This document shows, one piece after another, positions 7,167 to 11,771 of a DNA stretch of 11,771 nucleotides. The DNA comes from an archaeon. Its GTDB lineage: Archaea > Iainarchaeota > Iainarchaeia > Iainarchaeales > 1-14-0-10-31-34. Location of the stretch: contig JBDRFE010000023.1 in assembly GCA_043819075.1 (NCBI GenBank), positions 1 to 11,771 of the forward strand, given 5' to 3'. The notes beneath the pieces are model-generated. The model was not told the DNA's origin. It saw nothing but the letters and a program-made list of their open reading frames with translations, and did not search any database. The translations under genes were made by a program, and so were the position numbers. The stretch's first letter is position 1, and each line of letters begins with the position of its first letter.

Positions 7167-8112
7167 TTTTTCCTGAAACCGCAATCCAGAAAAGACAGTT
7201 TAACAGCACAACAGCCCAGATGATTATTACAACGTTTTTTTCCTTTAATGGCCCGAAAATTTTTATTAAAAGTTTTGCAAAATCATATCTTGTTTTTCCA
7301 GTGTATTCCGGAATGCCTATTCTGTTGTCTTCAAGGATTCTGTAAGGCCTTTCTTTTGCTTGTGTCACATCACGCGAATTTGTCAGCATTTTAAGGAAAA
7401 GGAAATCAATTAAATGCGGTAAATAAAACAAGGCAAAAAGCATGATTAATTCTTTGTGCATTGTTAAAGCAATTAATCCTGTTATCGAGCTGCCCATTAA
7501 CAGTGTGCCTGAATCCCCTGGAAAAACTCTTGCTGGAAAAAAATTGAATGCAAGTAATCCAAGAATTATTCCAAGAACAACAACAGAGTAAGCAAAAAAT
7601 TCAGTGCCGATTAACAGGAAAGCCGCAAAAAATGCTATTATATAGCTTGAACCAACTTCCCATCCGTTTAATCCTGCAAAGCTGTTGTGAAAAGAAGAAA
7701 AAACTGCGACAAATAATCCAATTAAGGCTCCTGAAACAATTTCCCCTGAAATAAGCCAGCCAAATAAAACACAAAAAAATATTATTGGAATTGCCCTTTC
7801 CTTCCATCCAATTCCTTTTTTAATCCATTTTGTTCTGGTGTCATCGACAAAGCCGACAAGGCAGAAAACAGTTACAATTCCCATCCAGTAAAAAATTTTT
7901 ATGTCTGTTTTTTCAAGAAAATTCACTGCAATAACAGCAACCCATAAAACAATTAACATCACTATTCCGGTTGCTTCAGGCGTTTTGTTTTGTGATTTCT
8001 TGTTAATGTCTATTCCTAAGGCAAAATTTTTTTCCCTGCTTTTTTTCTCAAAAAAATAGATTCCGGTTAAGCTTGCAACCAATGGAAGAAAAAAATAAAG
8101 CATGCCAGTCAT
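7156..8112 (-). CDS. Glycosyltransferase family 4 (PNPT): UDP-GlcNAc:polyprenyl/dolichyl-phosphate GlcNAc-1-phosphate transferase, AglH/Alg7-like
   Basis: Motifs GIDINK...TPEATG, GFVDD, HNSFAGLNGWE (GPT-type AGxNG rather than the MraY/WecA DGxDG) and FNFFPARVFPGDSG. Polytopic, 318 aa. Confidence 0.88.
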   Translation of the reverse strand: MTGMLYFFLPLVASLTGIYFFEKKSREKNFALGIDINKKSQNKTPEATGIVMLIVLWVAVIAVNFLEKTDIKIFYWMGIVTVFCLVGFVDDTRTKWIKKGIGWKERAIPIIFFCVLFGWLISGEIVSGALIGLFVAVFSSFHNSFAGLNGWEVGSSYIIAFFAAFLLIGTEFFAYSVVVLGIILGLLAFNFFPARVFPGDSGTLLMGSSITGLIALTMHKELIMLFALFYLPHLIDFLFLKMLTNSRDVTQAKERPYRILEDNRIGIPEYTGKTRYDFAKLLIKIFGPLKEKNVVIIIWAVVLLNCLFWIAVSGKIIP

Positions 8113-8113
8113 T

Positions 8114-9364
8114 TTATCCCTTCATTATTTCTTTCAGGACCGTAGTAGCATAATTGCCTTTAGGTAAATAAAAGCTTATCCTTGCTTTCAGTTTTCCTTC
8201 ACTGAATTCATCTTCGGAAACTTCATTTAATTCAAGTTCTTCTGGAAACAATGCAATTTCTTTTCTTGCTCCCTTTGAAGACATTTCTTTCATTTCTTTT
8301 ACGTAAAACTGCTTTAATTCAATTTTTTCTTCTTCAAAAACTTTTTTTTCTATTTTTCCAGGAGTGCCGGAAGCAAAAACTGTTTCTATGCCGATTAATG
8401 GTGCAGAAGGAATTCCGTTAATTAATATGTCTCCTTCAGCTTCCTTTAACCCTATCCCGTTCCTTATCCTTTCATTTATTATTTTGTTGAACAAATAGCT
8501 TTGGTATGCGTGCACAAACATATACCTTAAGCTTTTAGGAAGAACCCTGAATGCTCCGACAAAATCTTCTTTGTTGCTGTTTAAATGGTTTATTATTGCT
8601 CTTTCATACCTTAATTTCAAGGGAAATTCTTTGAGTGCTTTTTCAAAATCCATTGAGTTTTCAAGATTTTTTCTTGCAGTCCTGATGTCTTCTTCTTCTG
8701 CTTCATTTGTGTTGGTTAAATAAATCATTACAGCTTTTTCCGGGTTTCCTTTAATGAATTCTTTTCCCACTAAATGGCTTACTTTTCTTATTCCCCCAAA
8801 TCTTTGTTCTCCGAAAAAGTTTGCAATGCCTTTATTTATTTCCTTAAAGCATTCTTTGATTCTTTTTTCTGTTTCTTTTTTATTCAATTCAATCTGCCTT
8901 ACTGTTATTTCAAATTTATTTCCTTTAAGCATTCCAATCCTGAGTTTTTCTTTTTTCCATTCAGGTTTGCTTAATTTAATGAACTTGCTTTTGAATTCTT
9001 TTAATCTTTTTTCTTCCGGCAGAAAAAAACATATTGTTTGCGAGGTAATCCCTCTTTTGTCTTTTACTCCTGCAAAAGTAATTCTTTTTTTTGAAACCAT
9101 GTTAAATCTTGCAAGCCTTCTGATTGCTTCATTTAAATCTAAATTGAATTTCTGCATTTCAAGCCACAAGAATTTATTGTTGTTTGTGTTTTCCGGTATT
9201 TCAAGTTCTGTGTGTTTTTCAAGGCAGTCTTCGTTTAACCATAATTCAGCGGGTTTTCCTTCTTCATTTAATTCAATTACTTTAAAGTCTTTTATTCTTT
9301 CTTTTATTCTTCCGCCAATGCCTTTGCATTGAGTGGAATAAAAATCGGTTTCCATAAAAATCAT
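8114..9364 (-). CDS. truD: tRNA pseudouridine(13) synthase TruD (Pus7 family)
   Basis: GIGGRIK...DFKVIE, catalytic AGVKDKRGITSQ, GNKFEI, NFFGEQRFG, HAYQSYLFN and LPKGNYATTVLKE. ATG 9364 overlaps the prf1 stop (ATGA); ATG 9355 is an alternative start. Confidence 0.96.
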   Translation of the reverse strand: MIFMETDFYSTQCKGIGGRIKERIKDFKVIELNEEGKPAELWLNEDCLEKHTELEIPENTNNNKFLWLEMQKFNLDLNEAIRRLARFNMVSKKRITFAGVKDKRGITSQTICFFLPEEKRLKEFKSKFIKLSKPEWKKEKLRIGMLKGNKFEITVRQIELNKKETEKRIKECFKEINKGIANFFGEQRFGGIRKVSHLVGKEFIKGNPEKAVMIYLTNTNEAEEEDIRTARKNLENSMDFEKALKEFPLKLRYERAIINHLNSNKEDFVGAFRVLPKSLRYMFVHAYQSYLFNKIINERIRNGIGLKEAEGDILINGIPSAPLIGIETVFASGTPGKIEKKVFEEEKIELKQFYVKEMKEMSSKGARKEIALFPEELELNEVSEDEFSEGKLKARISFYLPKGNYATTVLKEIMKG

Positions 9365-10590
9365 TTGTATCTCAAAAAGGCTGCAATTCCGCCGAATCCT
9401 TCAAAAAACTGTTTTCCTTCAGCTGTTTCAACTGAAACAATTTTTACTTCTGCACTGGTTTTTTCTGCTTTTTCTTCAATGAATTCAGCAAATTCAACTT
9501 CTTCTAATTCCTCTATGTTAGTTGAATTGCATTTGCTGCATTTTAGTTCAGGCTTTTTTCCGTCTTTTATTATTATTTCTTCTGTGTTATTGCATGAAGT
9601 GCACTCAAATTTTATTGCAGTCCATTCAATTCCCTCTGACAACAAAATTCTTGAAGCTTTTCCTGTTTCAAGGGCTTCCATTGACTCTTTTTCCCCGTAA
9701 GTAATCAACCCGCCGTTTTTCACTATTTCCTGCATGAATTCATTCAATAAAGCTCTTTCTTTCATTAAAGCAGTGTCTTTTAATAGTGTCTCTGCTTTTT
9801 GAATCATTTCTCTTATTCCTGATTCATCTGTATAAGAAGTGTCAAGTGTTCCGATTATTTTGTCTTTTATCCTGTAATCTAATGCATCTTTTTCCAAAAA
9901 CTTGTTTTTTGTTATTCCTGGGCCGCCAACAATGACTCCTTTCAAGTTTTCTCCGTATTCGCTGAAAGCAGAATTAATTTTTTCGCTTGTTCTTTTAAAA
10001 AAGTCTTGGGCTGCTTCTTCCCTTAATCTTTCAAATCTCAATGCGCTCTGTCCTCCAGCACGGGTTTTTCCTGCCACATTAGAGGTAAAATGGCCGATTA
10101 TTTCATAGCTTTTTCCTTTCAGCAATGCAACTGTTGCCTCTCTTTTATCCAATACAATTAGTGCATAAACTTCTTTTGTTTCCTGCATTTCATCTAAGGG
10201 CATTAAATGAAAAGTTGAATCACACCAGTACAATTTTGTTTTTAACGGTTTTATGGGGTTTAACGGAAACATTTTTATGTCGCTTCTTCCGTCTGTTTCA
10301 GAGACATTCCCGCAAAACAATACCAAACCATTTTTTGGGATTTTAAAGTTAATGTGTTTCAAAAAATTGTTTATTTTTCTTAATGCGCCTTGAACGTTTT
10401 TTCTTGTCTGCGGGCTCTTAATGTTTGAACTCTGGCTTAATTCTTCTGTTATCTGGTTCATGACAGAGCTTCTGTCAGCGTTTTCCGGAATGTAGACACT
10501 AATTAATTCTGTTCCGTGGCCGCGAAAATTCCTTAGTTTTTTCAGTTTTTTCCTGAAAATTTCCACTGATTCATCCTGCATTAAAGTCAC
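9361..10590 (-). CDS. prf1: Peptide chain release factor aRF1
   Basis: GTELISVYIP, NIKS, YWCDSTF (YxCxxxF), GGQS and C-terminal GFGGIAAFLRY. Start is GTG 10590 or ATG 10581. Confidence 0.98.
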   Translation of the reverse strand: MTLMQDESVEIFRKKLKKLRNFRGHGTELISVYIPENADRSSVMNQITEELSQSSNIKSPQTRKNVQGALRKINNFLKHINFKIPKNGLVLFCGNVSETDGRSDIKMFPLNPIKPLKTKLYWCDSTFHLMPLDEMQETKEVYALIVLDKREATVALLKGKSYEIIGHFTSNVAGKTRAGGQSALRFERLREEAAQDFFKRTSEKINSAFSEYGENLKGVIVGGPGITKNKFLEKDALDYRIKDKIIGTLDTSYTDESGIREMIQKAETLLKDTALMKERALLNEFMQEIVKNGGLITYGEKESMEALETGKASRILLSEGIEWTAIKFECTSCNNTEEIIIKDGKKPELKCSKCNSTNIEELEEVEFAEFIEEKAEKTSAEVKIVSVETAEGKQFFEGFGGIAAFLRYK

Positions 10591-10597
10591 TTTTCCA

Positions 10598-10663
10598 TTT
10601 AAAAAGCAGTTTAATAATATTTAAGGAAAAATATCTTTTTATACTTGTAGTTTTCTTATATAA
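10598..10663. promoter_or_regulatory. Divergent promoter region prf1 / pyrH
   Basis: AT-rich 83-bp gap with several TATA-like words: TTAAATA (-, 10624-10618), TTTTTAAA (-, 10605-10598), TTTTTATA (+, 10636-10643) and TTATATAA (+, 10656-10663). The sequence alone cannot show which are used. Confidence 0.45.
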
Positions 10664-10673
10664 TTGGCTTAAT

Positions 10674-11462
10674 ATGTTTGATATGTTTGAAAACTATTCT
10701 CAGGAAAATTCTTCCGGTTCTGTGACTCCTGCGGCAAAGCCTGTTATTGTTGTTTCTGTCGGGGGCTCAATGATTGCAAAAGACAAAATGGATGCTCCTT
10801 TGATAGCAAAATTTGCTAACTCAATTAATGCTTTAAGAAAAGAAGGATTTGAATTTGTTTTGGTTGCAGGCGGAGGAAAAATTGCAAGAGATTATATTGC
10901 TGCAGCAAAAAATTTGGGTGTAGAAAACAATTTTATTTTAGATGAAATTGCAATAACTGTTACTAGATTAAATGCCTTGATTTTAATTCAGGCATTTGAT
11001 GACTCTTTTCCAGATGTTTTAACTGACGTTAAAAGAATTCATGACATTCTTGGCTCAAAAAAAATCCCTGTTTTTGGCGGATTAATTCCGGGTTTTACGA
11101 CTGACACTGTTGCTGCAAGCATTGCAGAATACATTGGAGGAATTTTTATTAATTTATCTAATCAAGACGGAGTCTATAACACTGACCCAAAATATTCAAA
11201 GAACGCAAGATTAATCCCAAAACTGTCGCATGAACGCTTGATGAAATTAATTACTTTAAAGGACTCCAGGGCTCCTGGAGAAAACCTGATTTTAGATGCT
11301 TTTACCTGCATGATTTTAAACAGAAGCAGAATTACAACTTTTGTTTTGAATATGGAGGACTTAACTAATTTTGAGAGCGCAGTTAAAGGCCTGGATTTTC
11401 GTGGCACAATAATTGAATCCAGTGAAGCAGTTTCAGGCCCTGATGAAATTGAAGAAGATTAA
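10674..11462 (+). CDS. pyrH: Archaeal-type UMP kinase
   Basis: VVSVGGS, VAGGGKIARDYI, DEIAITVTRLNA, GGLIPGFTTDTVAA, NQDGVYNTDPK and a terminal FRGTII. ATG 10683 is an alternative start. Confidence 0.95.
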   Translation: MFDMFENYSQENSSGSVTPAAKPVIVVSVGGSMIAKDKMDAPLIAKFANSINALRKEGFEFVLVAGGGKIARDYIAAAKNLGVENNFILDEIAITVTRLNALILIQAFDDSFPDVLTDVKRIHDILGSKKIPVFGGLIPGFTTDTVAASIAEYIGGIFINLSNQDGVYNTDPKYSKNARLIPKLSHERLMKLITLKDSRAPGENLILDAFTCMILNRSRITTFVLNMEDLTNFESAVKGLDFRGTIIESSEAVSGPDEIEED

Positions 11463-11530
11463 CTGCCAAAACTATTATTAATATCTAATATTAACTATTA
11501 ATATAAGAAAAAAAGTAAGTTGGTGTTGTA

Positions 11531-11771
11531 ATGGGAAAACATTTTTCATTTATTTTGTTAATTTTTTTGCTTTTGTTTTTGACTTTTTCAGTTCAAGCAT
11601 CTAAATATATTGCACCTACACTTGAATTCAATCTTATTTATGAAATCGCAAAGCCAGCTGGCGGAATTGACCAACAAGAAATAATTTTTTGTGAAGATAA
11701 GGATTGCTTGGAAGAAATCCCAAAAGAAGGAGGACTTCCACTGTTGTTATGTTATCCTGATGACAAATGCA
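11531..11771 (+). CDS. 5' part (runs off the window) of a secreted/surface hypothetical protein
   Basis: Manual translation: MGKHFSFILLIFLLLFLTFSVQA-SKYIAPTLEFNLIYEIAKPAGGIDQQEIIFCEDKDCLEEIPKEGGLPLLLCYPDDKC, open to the window end. Sec-type signal peptide with a VQA cleavage site, SD-like GGTG at 11522-11525, and four Cys. Confidence 0.8.
   Translation, partial: MGKHFSFILLIFLLLFLTFSVQASKYIAPTLEFNLIYEIAKPAGGIDQQEIIFCEDKDCLEEIPKEGGLPLLLCYPDDKC

Noticed and set aside
5888..7807. ORFs 5888-6295, 6317-6517, 6395-6751, 7548-7754 and 7601-7807
   Set aside because: Each lies within or antisense to longer, well-supported genes.
9361..10590. Stop-codon reassignment via a variant aRF1
   Set aside because: The GTx, NIKS, YxCxxxF and GGQ motifs are canonical, genes end normally at TAA or TGA, and no gene is interrupted by an in-frame stop. 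No called gene ends in TAG, but the sample is too small to mean anything.
8754..11407. ORFs 8754-9332, 8774-8974, 9329-9700, 9522-9704, 9902-10108, 10125-10346 and 11174-11407
   Set aside because: Antisense shadows of truD, prf1 and pyrH; their F/L/S-rich composition mirrors K/E-rich sense codons.
1..11771. CRISPR array, tRNA/rRNA, IS element, provirus or defence system
   Set aside because: No regularly spaced repeats, cloverleaf or rRNA-like GC-rich segments, terminal inverted repeats, or transposase, integrase or Cas motifs were seen by eye.

Overview
AT-rich archaeal chromosomal segment. Evidence for this: archaeal-type aRF1, TruD, UMP kinase and GPT/AglH genes, an S_layer_N/S_layer_C-type S-layer gene, TATA boxes about 30 nt upstream of several start codons, and GGTGA-type Shine-Dalgarno sites. 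The gene styles suggest a DPANN lineage, possibly Diapherotrites/Iainarchaeota (inference only). Order: 5' end of a PHP-domain/endonuclease Q-like gene (-, missing from the ORF track), AmmeMemoRadiSam radical SAM enzyme (+), BofA-like membrane protein (-), wHTH-fusion protein (+), 938-aa S-layer glycoprotein (+), membrane-anchored hypothetical protein (+), UPF0104/LPG-synthase-TM flippase-like protein (+), a convergent prf1-truD-GPT operon (-), pyrH (+), and the start of a secreted Cys-containing protein (+, also missing from the ORF track). I saw no mobile element, CRISPR array, tRNA or rRNA, and the window is mostly housekeeping and cell-envelope genes. The best candidates for something new are speculative: a mini-uORF with two tandem stops overlapping the aRF1 start codons (possible autoregulation), a structured S-layer leader overlapped by an SD-led small ORF, and a wHTH fusion to an uncharacterised archaeal domain.
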